64,000 nucleotides of DNA. It comes from Candidatus Saganbacteria bacterium (GTDB lineage: Bacteria; Margulisbacteria; WOR-1; O2-12-FULL-45-9). Below are positions 33,274-42,092 of the stretch, in pieces; position 1 is the first letter of the stretch, and each line of letters starts with the position of its first letter. The notes beneath the pieces were generated by a model. It made no database searches. It was not told the origin of the DNA and saw only the letters and a list, made by a program, of their open reading frames with translations. The stretch is taken from positions 4 to 64,003 of the forward strand of contig JABMSE010000112.1 in the NCBI GenBank assembly GCA_013204645.1, given 5' to 3'. The position numbers and the translations under genes were made by a program.

Positions 33274-33514
33274 TTATTTTCTCCAAACGCTGTTTCACCT
33301 TTTCGCGAACCCCCAAATAAGCATCAGTTACTTTTTGCTCTAAGTTTGGGCTAACCAAATGGAGTATTTCCTTGCCTAAAATACGGTACTGACCACCCAC
33401 CTTATAGGCATGCAAAACACCCTTTTTGATTAGGCGCAGAAAAGTGGATTGCGAAATCTTTAGGAGGGCCTTTGTTTCTTCGGATGTATAGATCTCATTC
33501 TCTCTAATTTCCAT
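33266..33514 (-). CDS. Excisionase/MerR-type helix-turn-helix DNA-binding protein (putative locus regulator)
   Basis: 82 aa. ETKALLKISQSTFLRLIKKGVLHAYKVGGQYRI matches the HTH_17/excisionase-family fold. Sits at the head of the co-directional gene array. Confidence 0.55.
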   Translation of the reverse strand: MEIRENEIYTSEETKALLKISQSTFLRLIKKGVLHAYKVGGQYRILGKEILHLVSPNLEQKVTDAYLGVREKVKQRLEKISD

Positions 33515-33524
33515 GGTGAGCTAA

Positions 33525-33552
33525 ATTATACCATTATATGGAGTGTTGTCAA
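33525..33552 (-). promoter_or_regulatory. Consensus sigma70-type promoter (TTGACA-N16-TATAAT) driving the HTH gene and glycan locus; near-leaderless
   Basis: On the minus strand, TTGACA is the reverse complement of 33547-33552 and TATAAT is the reverse complement of 33525-33530. The spacer is 16 nt. The predicted start codon at 33512-33514 lies only ~10 nt downstream of the -10 element. Confidence 0.5.
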
Positions 33553-33683
33553 GTTGTTTTCTTCTATGTCAAGATATGTCAAAAGATGTCACCGCGAGCG
33601 GTTCTGTGCCTGGCACAGCTTGTCAGCCCCCCCCCTTTTTTCATGGTGGTTGTCGCGGCTTAAATTATGTATAATATGGTTGA

Positions 33684-34711
33684 TGGTAAGATTACTTGCT
33701 ACGTTGCTAATATTGTTTGCCTTTCAGTTCCCGGGTTTTTGCCAGGAAATAAATGTCCCTTTTAAGCCAATGAAAGAGACTTCCTATTTTGATTCCCCCC
33801 AAGTGATGATTGATTCAATTGAGTATGATACCCTAATTTTAAGCCTAAACATGAAGTCAAAAGATAATGTAAAAATTCTATGGACCAATTCCTTTAGTCG
33901 GACATTTAATTTATCCAAAAGCATTGCTTTTCGAGCTAAACCCGGGCAGCATAAGTATTACTTTGATCTCCCAAGACAAAATCCGCTCTGGCTCGGCTGG
34001 ATAACCAAACTTATTCTCTACCCGGAGAAAGGCCAGGAGAATATCCGCTTTGCCCAGGCTGTTCTAGTTAAAGGCAATTTCTTTACTAGGATACTTTCAG
34101 CCTGGCAAGAATTTGGGGGTCCCAAAGGAAGGATTATTGAAGGGTATTCCATAAATAATATGCAAACCAGTCGGATCTTTGGAAAACCACTTAAAATTTA
34201 TATCTATATCATTATTATTTTGTTAGGTTTGTTTTCCTTCCTATATCATCTCTTTAAGAGCAAAAGTCTTGCTTTTTCATGGCATAATTGCGGCAAAATT
34301 GTAATCTTGACATCCATTGCCTTTTGGGTATTGCTAACACTTAATAATCTTGTCAATCAGTATAATCAACTTAAATTAGATTTTGCTGTGTATAATTTTA
34401 AATCCTTGTCGGAAAAAAGGGCAGCGCTAGTGGGAACCGATTTCTATAATTTTTTGATGTTCTGCCAAGAAAATATTCCTCAAAGAGCTACCGTTAAAAC
34501 CCTTTATTCCGGAGCGCTTTCCGATTATTCTCGCGGCCAAACTACCTTTTACTTATATCCGCTCGATTTTTTCGCGCAATCTCCTGATTTCATTATTGCT
34601 TATCGATATGCTGAACCAGCAAAAGAAGTATTAGCCGAAAATAAAGATTTTTCCTTGTATAAACAATATTCCAACCAAGGGTATATTTTAAAAAAACGGA
34701 GGAATAAATGA
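33684..34711 (+). CDS. Hypothetical secreted/membrane protein
   Basis: The ORF track starts at 33554, but the first Met followed by a signal-peptide-like sequence is at 33684 (MVRLLATLLILFAFQFPGFC), and a TGTATAAT extended -10-like element sits just upstream. The protein has two further hydrophobic helices and no recognisable family. Confidence 0.35.
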
Positions 34712-35856
34712 ATCAACCAAATATTGATCTCTCCATTGTAATGCCCTGCTTAAATGAAGAAGCAACCATTGCTGCTTGTATAAGATCCGCTAAGGAAGGC
34801 ATCAAAACCACCGGACTTACCGGTGAAATCGTTGTGGTTGACAATGGATCAAATGATAAATCAGTTGAAATTGCCAAATCTTTAGGTGCAAAAGTGGTTT
34901 ATGAACCCCAAAAAGGATACGGGAATGCGTACAAAAAGGGATTCGAGGAAGCATGCGGCAAATATTTAATTATGGGTGACTCAGATAATACCTATGATTT
35001 TTCAAAGCTAAAACCCTTTATCGATAAATTAAAAAAAGGGGCAGACGTTGTGATGGGTTCACGCCTAAAAGGAAAAGTTATGCCAGGGGCTATGCCCATC
35101 CTCCACCAATACTTTGGGACCCCCTTCCTGGCCGCTCTCTTGAACTTGTTTTTTAGAACCGGTATTTCGGATCCAAATTGCGGCATGCGCGGCCTGACCA
35201 AAGATGCCTTTAATAAAATGAAACTTCAATCAGGGGGTATGGAATTTGCCTCTGAAATGATTGATAATGCCCGAAGAGAACGCCTCCAAATAGTTGAAGT
35301 CCCAATTAATTATTATCCTCGAGAAGGTGAGTCTAAACTCAGGACTTTTCACGACGGATGGCGCCATCTACGTTTTATGTTAGTGAATAGCCCAACTTAT
35401 TTATTTATCGTTCCTGGGATTATACTACTTGTCATTGGCTTATTCCTATTGCTCACCATTTTGCCCGGCCCTTTTCGTTTTGGGAAGTTCAGTTTGGACA
35501 TCCACTTTATGGTTTTGGGCAGTGCTTTAGCCATTTTAGGCACCCAAATAATTAGTATCGGGCTTTTTGCCAAATGCTATGCTTACATTGAAGGGGCTGG
35601 TTTCCCAGATGATTTTATTACGGCTTTCACCAAATATTTTAGCCTTGAGCGTGGAATTTACACTGGCGGCATAATCTTCTTAATTGGGTTTATTATAAAT
35701 CTTTATATCTTGATCAAGTGGTTGGGAGCTGGTATGGGGGCGCTAGCTGAGGTGCGTACATCTTTGTTTGCTTTGACTTTAGTAATTATTGGCTTGCAGA
35801 TAGTCTTCTCATCATTTTTTATCAGCATTCTTTTGCTAAAGAAAGGCAAAGAATAA
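34708..35856 (+). CDS. GT2 glycosyltransferase, polyprenol-phosphate sugar synthase-like (DPM1/ArnC/GtrB-type) with C-terminal TM helices
   Basis: LSIVMPCLNEEATIAACIRSAKEGIK...EIVVVDNGSNDKS GT2 motif. The C-terminal ~120 aa are hydrophobic. Confidence 0.7.
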   Translation: MNQPNIDLSIVMPCLNEEATIAACIRSAKEGIKTTGLTGEIVVVDNGSNDKSVEIAKSLGAKVVYEPQKGYGNAYKKGFEEACGKYLIMGDSDNTYDFSKLKPFIDKLKKGADVVMGSRLKGKVMPGAMPILHQYFGTPFLAALLNLFFRTGISDPNCGMRGLTKDAFNKMKLQSGGMEFASEMIDNARRERLQIVEVPINYYPREGESKLRTFHDGWRHLRFMLVNSPTYLFIVPGIILLVIGLFLLLTILPGPFRFGKFSLDIHFMVLGSALAILGTQIISIGLFAKCYAYIEGAGFPDDFITAFTKYFSLERGIYTGGIIFLIGFIINLYILIKWLGAGMGALAEVRTSLFALTLVIIGLQIVFSSFFISILLLKKGKE

Positions 35857-35857
35857 A

Positions 35858-37282
35858 GTGGTAATTTTAAAACTAATTGGCGCCACCGTCTTTCCGACCG
35901 TTCTGGGGCTATCTTTTGTTAATCTCTTTTTAAACCACAAAAAAGACATTAATATTTTTGAGCGGCTAGCTTTTGGCTTCTTAGCTGGGATGATGCTTTT
36001 AGTTTTAGAGATGCTCTTGCTTTCTCAGCTAAAAATTGCCTTTTCCCTACTTTTCTTGACCCTACCCTGGATTCCCTTAATAGTTATCGGGCTGTACTTT
36101 GGTTATAAAAATAGCCTCTTTTCGCTAGAGTTTAAACTCAATAGGCTGAAGCTTCCCAGACTTACCCCCCCAGGTCTATCTAGCGCTTTCACTGTGCGAA
36201 AGTCCGCCGAAGTCCCCACGAAACATCGGGACGAAGGCGGATTGAATTGGATTGAAATAGCCCTAATCTTGTTTATCTGCTTTGAAGTCTTTTTTGTTTT
36301 CTCGTCTACCCTAATCAAGCCAGTAGTTACCTGTGATGCTTGGAGTAACTATTCCTGGCGGGGGAAAATGTTTTTTATTGAGAAAACCTCGATTGTCAAA
36401 AACACCGCTCAAACTGGCCACCCCTTATATAACTGTCTTAATCAAACCTGGGTTTTTATGTGCTTAAATGACTGGAATGATCTACTAGGTAAAATTTTCT
36501 ATCCCTTATATTATTTATCTTTGCTAGTAATATTTTACTTTACGGTTTCGCGCAAGCAAACTCGCTTTTTTAGTTTACTGGCAACGGCTATGCTCGCCAG
36601 CCTTCCTTTTTTAATCTATCATGCCAGTACCGCCTATGCGGATTTCCCCTTAGCTACTTATTATTTTGCGGGGATATCGCTTCTCTTTCTCTTTTTTAAT
36701 AGGCCCAAAATAAATTATTTGCTCTTAGCTGCTTTATTTTTACTTAGTACAGCTACTATCAAAAACGAGGCTTACTTTTACCTATTTATGACCTTTATCG
36801 TCTTTGCTGCCACAATTTTTATGGGTAAATTTAAAGAAGTAAAGGGAATAAAATCCATCCGTATCACAACCATTGCTTTAGCTCTTTTGGGCACAGCTTT
36901 TATGACTTATAAGATATTCTTCTCTTCCCACGAGGCGCTGCGCTATGCCCCTACCCTAGATTTCACAAGAGTATGGCCGCTGCTTTTAGTTTTCACAGAT
37001 TACTTGTTTGTCCGGGGAAACTTCAGTATTGTTTGGTTCCTCCTAATTCTTTTGCTCATTTTCAATTTCAAGAAACTCAAAAACAACTTCAATCTAAGCT
37101 TACTAGCACTGGTTCTTTTAAACTTATTTGGATTAATGGCTTATTATTTTGTCTTAGAGCAAACTATGTTTGATTGGCTTTTCTATGTTACCCCGGCGGT
37201 TCGCAATATTTTGCAATTTATGCCCATTGTGCTACTTTTAGTTGGCAATTTGCTGGTGATTAAAAATAAAAATGAAGCTTAG
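35858..37282 (+). CDS. Polytopic integral membrane protein (possible GT-C-type glycosyltransferase partner)
   Basis: 474 aa with more than 10 hydrophobic helices. Translationally coupled to the preceding polyprenol-P-sugar synthase-like GT2, since its start overlaps that gene's stop. Confidence 0.4.
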   Translation: MVILKLIGATVFPTVLGLSFVNLFLNHKKDINIFERLAFGFLAGMMLLVLEMLLLSQLKIAFSLLFLTLPWIPLIVIGLYFGYKNSLFSLEFKLNRLKLPRLTPPGLSSAFTVRKSAEVPTKHRDEGGLNWIEIALILFICFEVFFVFSSTLIKPVVTCDAWSNYSWRGKMFFIEKTSIVKNTAQTGHPLYNCLNQTWVFMCLNDWNDLLGKIFYPLYYLSLLVIFYFTVSRKQTRFFSLLATAMLASLPFLIYHASTAYADFPLATYYFAGISLLFLFFNRPKINYLLLAALFLLSTATIKNEAYFYLFMTFIVFAATIFMGKFKEVKGIKSIRITTIALALLGTAFMTYKIFFSSHEALRYAPTLDFTRVWPLLLVFTDYLFVRGNFSIVWFLLILLLIFNFKKLKNNFNLSLLALVLLNLFGLMAYYFVLEQTMFDWLFYVTPAVRNILQFMPIVLLLVGNLLVIKNKNEA

Positions 37283-38144
37283 CATTATAATCGTAAATTA
37301 TAACGACAAGGAATTAACCCTCAATCTCCTTAAATCAATCTACAGAAATACCCAAGAAAAAGATTTTGAAACAATCGTTGTGGACAACAATTCGAAAGAT
37401 AACAGCATTTCAGCCATAAAATCCAGCTACCCAGCAGTAAATATTATTGCCAATTCCAAAAACCGGGGTTTCCCCCCCGCTGTCAATCAAGGGATTAAAT
37501 TAAGTAATGGTGACTATATTCTACTCCTTAATCCGGATATTAATATCTCCCCGGGAGCCATTGATTCGCTGCTTAAGTTTATGGAGCAACACGTAAAAGC
37601 CGGGGCAGCTGGGTGCAAAATAGTAAACTTGGATGGATCAATACAATTGTCTGGTAAAAGCTTCCCAAACCCACTAGTCATGCTCTTTGTAACCTTAAAT
37701 TTTCACAAGCTGTTTCCCAATAATCCTATAACACGAAAATACTATCATTCTTCAGATTACAGTAAAACCCATCAGGTTCAACACCTTATGGCATCCTGTT
37801 TAATGGTGAAAAAATCAGTAATTGATAAAGTAGGTTTGATGGATGAAAACTTTTTCCTCTATTGTGATGATGTAGATTGGTGTTTTCGCATCCATAACGC
37901 TGGCTATGAAATTTGGTATATTGCCGACACAGAAGTTACCCATGCTAAGGGAGAAACAACTAAAAGGGAAAGCTATCGCGGCATAATTGAATATCACAAG
38001 AGCGCTTGGTATTTCTACAAAAAATATTATTATAAGCGTTACCCTAAAATATTAAGTTTCGTTTTTTATGTGGGGCTAGGAATAAGAAAATATTGGTTCC
38101 TCGCCGCCAATTTCTTGCGCAGAGATAAAAGGGTTAGATATTAA
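37272..38144 (+). CDS. Glycosyltransferase family 2
   Basis: LSIIIVNYNDKELTLNLLKSIYRN...ETIVVDNNSKDNS canonical GT2 motif. Confidence 0.7.
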   Translation: MKLSIIIVNYNDKELTLNLLKSIYRNTQEKDFETIVVDNNSKDNSISAIKSSYPAVNIIANSKNRGFPPAVNQGIKLSNGDYILLLNPDINISPGAIDSLLKFMEQHVKAGAAGCKIVNLDGSIQLSGKSFPNPLVMLFVTLNFHKLFPNNPITRKYYHSSDYSKTHQVQHLMASCLMVKKSVIDKVGLMDENFFLYCDDVDWCFRIHNAGYEIWYIADTEVTHAKGETTKRESYRGIIEYHKSAWYFYKKYYYKRYPKILSFVFYVGLGIRKYWFLAANFLRRDKRVRY

Positions 38145-38550
38145 GGTTTCTCTTGCTGACACGGAATGAAAAATGTTTGTGGCCAAAATAGGTGCCTACC
38201 ACAATTACAATCATCACTATCCCTTGACCAACAATCGGAGTAACAGCAAAAAATTCTACTAAAACGGGTAAGAGAATAAGGTTTAAGGCAATCGCCCCCC
38301 CATAAATGACATAAAAACGCAGATACTCTTTCAAATAATTGCCCCTAGTCCTGAAAACAAAGATCTTATAGCCAATATAAGCGTTGGTGATTGCCAAAAT
38401 ATTACTGATAACGACCAAAATCATATAATTAATCTTTTTGGCCAAGAGAAAATAGAGGGCAACAAAAACAAGATAGCCAAAAAGCGTGTTCCATAAGCCA
38501 ACCAGCAAATACCAGATTTTATCACGATGCTTGGTGTAGAATCTTTTCAT
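38134..38550 (-). CDS. GtrA-family small membrane protein
   Basis: 138 aa with four hydrophobic helices. N-terminal KIWYLLVGLWNTLFGYLVFVALY is typical of GtrA. Confidence 0.6.
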   Translation of the reverse strand: MKRFYTKHRDKIWYLLVGLWNTLFGYLVFVALYFLLAKKINYMILVVISNILAITNAYIGYKIFVFRTRGNYLKEYLRFYVIYGGAIALNLILLPVLVEFFAVTPIVGQGIVMIVIVVGTYFGHKHFSFRVSKRNLNI

Positions 38551-38555
38551 GAGCC

Positions 38556-39482
38556 CTAGAAATTAATTCTTTCCTTTTCAATAACCAGAGGGCGCCTGAG
38601 CACCTGGGTGTGGATTGAACCGATGTATTCGCCGAGAATTCCTATAAAGAAAAGCTGGACCGAAGCAAAGAAAAAGAAACCAATAACCAATGGGGCAATA
38701 CCAACCGAAAACCTTTCCCAAAACATCAATTTATAAATAAAATAGCCGAGGGCAATCAAAATACAAATTACCGAAAGGCCAAAACCCAGCATGGTGGCTA
38801 ACCGCAAAGGTACCCTTGAATGGTTGGTGATACCCAGCATGGCCATATCATATAAAGTGTAAAAATTGTTTTTTGTCCGTCCCCTCTTCCGTTTGGGTTG
38901 AATATATTCAATCTCGGCAATATTAAATCCAACATCTGAAATCAATCCGCGGAAATAAGGGTAAGGATCATCCGTTTCTTTTAAAATATCAATTACGCTT
39001 TTATCATACAACCCAAAACCAGTAAAACCAGAAATGAGTCTTATTTCCGAAAGTCCTCCAATCAGACGGTAGAAAAGCTTGCGCACCGAAAACATCAATA
39101 GAAATTCGTGACTTTGTTTTTTTACTCCCACAACGATTTTAAAGCCCTCTTCCCATTTTTTTATGAAATCAACGATCATTGCTGGCGGATCTTGAAAATC
39201 AGAAGACAAAGAAATAGCTGCGTCTCCTTTGGCTTGCAGTAAAGCGTAAAAAGGGGATCGGATATGGCCAAAATTACGGGTGTTAACAATAATCTTGACA
39301 TTTTTATCCTTTTTCGCAATTTGTTTCAATATCTCTAGGCTGCGGTCAGAAGAAGCATTATCAATAAAAATATGTTCATAATTGTAAGGTTGGTTAGCCA
39401 AAACCTGTTTTACTTGCTGGTATATTTCCTCAATATTAGCTTCTTCGTTATAACAAGGTGTGACAATACTGATTAATTTCAT
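38556..39482 (-). CDS. GT2 polyprenol-phosphate glycosyltransferase (GtrB/DPM1-like)
   Basis: KLISIVTPCYNEEANIEEIYQQV, IDNASSDRS, and two C-terminal TM helices. Confidence 0.7.
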   Translation of the reverse strand: MKLISIVTPCYNEEANIEEIYQQVKQVLANQPYNYEHIFIDNASSDRSLEILKQIAKKDKNVKIIVNTRNFGHIRSPFYALLQAKGDAAISLSSDFQDPPAMIVDFIKKWEEGFKIVVGVKKQSHEFLLMFSVRKLFYRLIGGLSEIRLISGFTGFGLYDKSVIDILKETDDPYPYFRGLISDVGFNIAEIEYIQPKRKRGRTKNNFYTLYDMAMLGITNHSRVPLRLATMLGFGLSVICILIALGYFIYKLMFWERFSVGIAPLVIGFFFFASVQLFFIGILGEYIGSIHTQVLRRPLVIEKERINF

Positions 39483-39558
39483 AGTAGCCCCTATGTTTAG
39501 TACCTTTATTTTACCATACTATGTGGCTTTGCAAAGTAAATTAAAGGCAATCCGGAAA

Positions 39559-39673
39559 AAGGTAAGAATTTATTGTTTTCTTCTCGCTGCGGAACTCGCC
39601 CTTCGCTCCTCACTTTGTTCCTCGCTCGGGCTCAAACAGTCCTCGCTGCGAAAAAACAATAAATTCTTACCTT
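39559..39673. repeat. 21-bp perfect inverted repeat flanking a 73-nt GC-rich spacer (MITE-like / large stem-loop RNA element)
   Basis: AAGGTAAGAATTTATTGTTTT at 39559-39579 is the exact reverse complement of 39653-39673. The spacer contains about five CTCGCT-like motifs (four exact CTCGCT). The element is flanked by an A5 run on the left and a T7 run on the right. Confidence 0.6.
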
Positions 39674-41181
39674 ATTTTTTTATACAGCCTCACCCTTACC
39701 CGATACGAACCAGGCTGATGCCTTTTAATTGGCAATTTGGAAACCAGTGTTTCCTCGTAAGGAATATATTTTTGTTCGTTTTTGAGCGTGTAGTTTTCTT
39801 CCAAAGCGGCTTTGATTCTATCAATATAACCCGGAGGAAAAGCCCGGTCATCATGAATATTAGTTACAAACCATATTCTTTCTGGCTTTTCATCTGCCAG
39901 GTTAATTTTTACTTCCTCAAGATCAAATATGGGGGCATTGACATGTCCGGTTATGTTCAAATAATAATTCAGCAGCCGATAAACCACAAAATGGTTGCTA
40001 GAAAGTATGCTATCGCCTTTTCGATATTGCTCCTTAATTGAGGTGGCCACATCTCTCCATGGCTCTATCTGGTTAGAATTATGATAACTAACCAAATTAA
40101 AATAGTTATGGATGGAATAAGCCTGTAGCAATATAATCACTAAAATGACTCCACATCTCAAACTGACCTTTTTAACTCGAACAATCGAATAGCCTATTAA
40201 AAGCAGATAAAAAGGCAAAGTTATTATCAAAAACTTCGGCATCGTTGGCGCAAGGAACAATACCGAAAAGAGAATGGGAAAAAGACACAAGATCAACAAA
40301 TAAACGATCCTTTTATCCGGAAGCCGTTTGAGGTTCCATAAAAAGAGAAAGCCAAACACTATGGCAGCTGGGAGAACGATCATCAAATTCCACGGAGCAA
40401 CTGTTTCCCCCAAGGATAGAACGAAAAAAACCAGGGGGAGCTTTAAATACCAGGGGAAAACCGAAAAAGCCATATCGGAAGTACCAGAAATCACTGCAGA
40501 AAAATTTACGAATAACATCGCAATATAAGCTGGGAGTGCCAACGCCCCGACTAAAATTTGCAGAGTTAAAATGTGAAGAAATGTAGATGTCTTTTTTTCT
40601 TGCCAGAGAGAAAATACTAAGTAAATAAATTGTGCGGCAATGATAAGGGATCCATAAATATGGGTCATGACCAGTAGAAATGAAGCCACAAAATAAGCGG
40701 TCGAGACCAATAGATTTCGTTTACCCGATACTAAATTCCAAAAATAAAAGCTTGAAAGGATTGACAAAAGCAGGAGGAGCCCATACATTCGGATTTCCTG
40801 TGAATGCATTAAGGCCAAGGGAGATATTGCAAGTAAAAGCATGCTGACCAACGCGGTTTTATCGTCAAAGATCTTTCGGGCAAAGAAAAAGAAAGCGATT
40901 ATACTTGATAAGCCAATTAAAATTGATAATAAGCGCAAGATATACTCCCCTACCCCAAAAAGTTTTGTCCAAGCTGATAATAAAATGAAATAAACTGGCA
41001 GGTGCGAATCTTTTATTAGATTAAGGGTGGCTAGACCTATCGGATCGGAACTTACCTCCTGGGCCAAATAAAAACTATGGGTTTCATCCCCCCATAAGCT
41101 CCTAAAAATAGGATTATAAAAGCGAAGAGCTGATGCGAAAATGAGAATAAGCAAAAACCAAATTAAAGTTTTCCTATTCAT
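39667..41181 (-). CDS. GT-C family glycosyltransferase (ArnT/PMT_2-like, polyprenol-P-sugar dependent)
   Basis: N-terminus LIWFLLILIFASALRFYNPIFRSLWGDETHSFYLAQ resembles ArnT/PMT. 504 aa with many TM helices. Follows the GtrA/GtrB pair. Confidence 0.6.
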   Translation of the reverse strand: MNRKTLIWFLLILIFASALRFYNPIFRSLWGDETHSFYLAQEVSSDPIGLATLNLIKDSHLPVYFILLSAWTKLFGVGEYILRLLSILIGLSSIIAFFFFARKIFDDKTALVSMLLLAISPLALMHSQEIRMYGLLLLLSILSSFYFWNLVSGKRNLLVSTAYFVASFLLVMTHIYGSLIIAAQFIYLVFSLWQEKKTSTFLHILTLQILVGALALPAYIAMLFVNFSAVISGTSDMAFSVFPWYLKLPLVFFVLSLGETVAPWNLMIVLPAAIVFGFLFLWNLKRLPDKRIVYLLILCLFPILFSVLFLAPTMPKFLIITLPFYLLLIGYSIVRVKKVSLRCGVILVIILLQAYSIHNYFNLVSYHNSNQIEPWRDVATSIKEQYRKGDSILSSNHFVVYRLLNYYLNITGHVNAPIFDLEEVKINLADEKPERIWFVTNIHDDRAFPPGYIDRIKAALEENYTLKNEQKYIPYEETLVSKLPIKRHQPGSYRVRVRLYKKIR

Positions 41182-42092
41182 TTTTCAAACTTCCCAGCTG
41201 ACCCCATACCATACTTTCCCCTTAAAAAATCGAAAAGTGCAAAGTAGGTGGCCTTAATACTTGCCAAGTTTCCAGCTGCCAGCGATCCAATAATAGAATA
41301 GATTGGAAAAATCATAAAATTCAATATGAGGGCAAGCCCTTGATGCGTCTTTTTAAAAAACAAAAGATTGTTTCGAGTTCTAAAATAAGTATAGAAAGGT
41401 GAAAACTTTCCTCCCATGGAAGCGGCAAATTTATGGTAAATTTTTGCTTGGGGAACAACCGCTATTTTGTAGCCGGCCTTTGTGGCTCGCAGGCAAAAAT
41501 CAACATCCTCATAATTATTGAAATAATCTGGGTCAAGTAGCCCTATTTTTTTGAAAACCTTAAAGCCAACAAGCATGCAACAACCTGAGACCCATTCAGT
41601 TTCTGCTATTTTGTTGATTTGGCCAACATCATCTTCTTGGTAATACTGGTGGAAGGGCTTTCTAATGACAGGAAGAAAGGCTCCTCCGCCAAACCAGATT
41701 TTTGCTTTGTCCTGATATGATAGAATTTTAGGGGAAACGACGCCAATTTGATCATCGTCTTTAAGTGTATCCACTAAATTGGCTAAAAAATCAGAGGCAA
41801 CTACGGTATCGTTGTTTAACAGCAGAATCATTTCTACACCATCATTTAAGGCGGCCTCAATGCCAACATTATTTCCCGCTGCAAAACCTATATTCTCATG
41901 GTTTTTGATCAGTTTTATCTCAGGGAATTTTTCCTTTAGTCTGTCTCCTGAACCATCATTTGACCCATTATCAACGACAATTATGTGGTAGTTATCATAC
42001 TGTAATTTTCCCAATGAGCTCAAACATTCTTGGCTATCAGCCTCACCATTCCAGTTAAGAATAATTATTGCTACGCGGGGGGGGTTGGGCAT
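41178..42092 (-). CDS. Glycosyltransferase family 2
   Basis: VAIIILNWNGEADSQECLSSL...IIVVDNGSNDGS GT2 motif. Confidence 0.7.
   Translation of the reverse strand: MPNPPRVAIIILNWNGEADSQECLSSLGKLQYDNYHIIVVDNGSNDGSGDRLKEKFPEIKLIKNHENIGFAAGNNVGIEAALNDGVEMILLLNNDTVVASDFLANLVDTLKDDDQIGVVSPKILSYQDKAKIWFGGGAFLPVIRKPFHQYYQEDDVGQINKIAETEWVSGCCMLVGFKVFKKIGLLDPDYFNNYEDVDFCLRATKAGYKIAVVPQAKIYHKFAASMGGKFSPFYTYFRTRNNLLFFKKTHQGLALILNFMIFPIYSIIGSLAAGNLASIKATYFALFDFLRGKYGMGSAGKFEK

Noticed and set aside
33611-33626. TGGCAC...TTGTCA resembling a sigma-54 (-24/-12) promoter.
   Set aside because: The GG-to-GC spacing is one nucleotide short of the TGGCACG-N4-TTGCW consensus. The segment is better explained as one of the TGTCA direct repeats.
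33554-33683. The ORF-track start at 33554 for the first plus-strand gene.
   Set aside because: The N-terminal extension (MFSSMSRYVKRCHRERF...) is Cys/Arg-rich and would overlap the divergent promoter and TGTCA repeats. The first Met followed by a signal-peptide-like sequence is at 33684, so the start was placed there.
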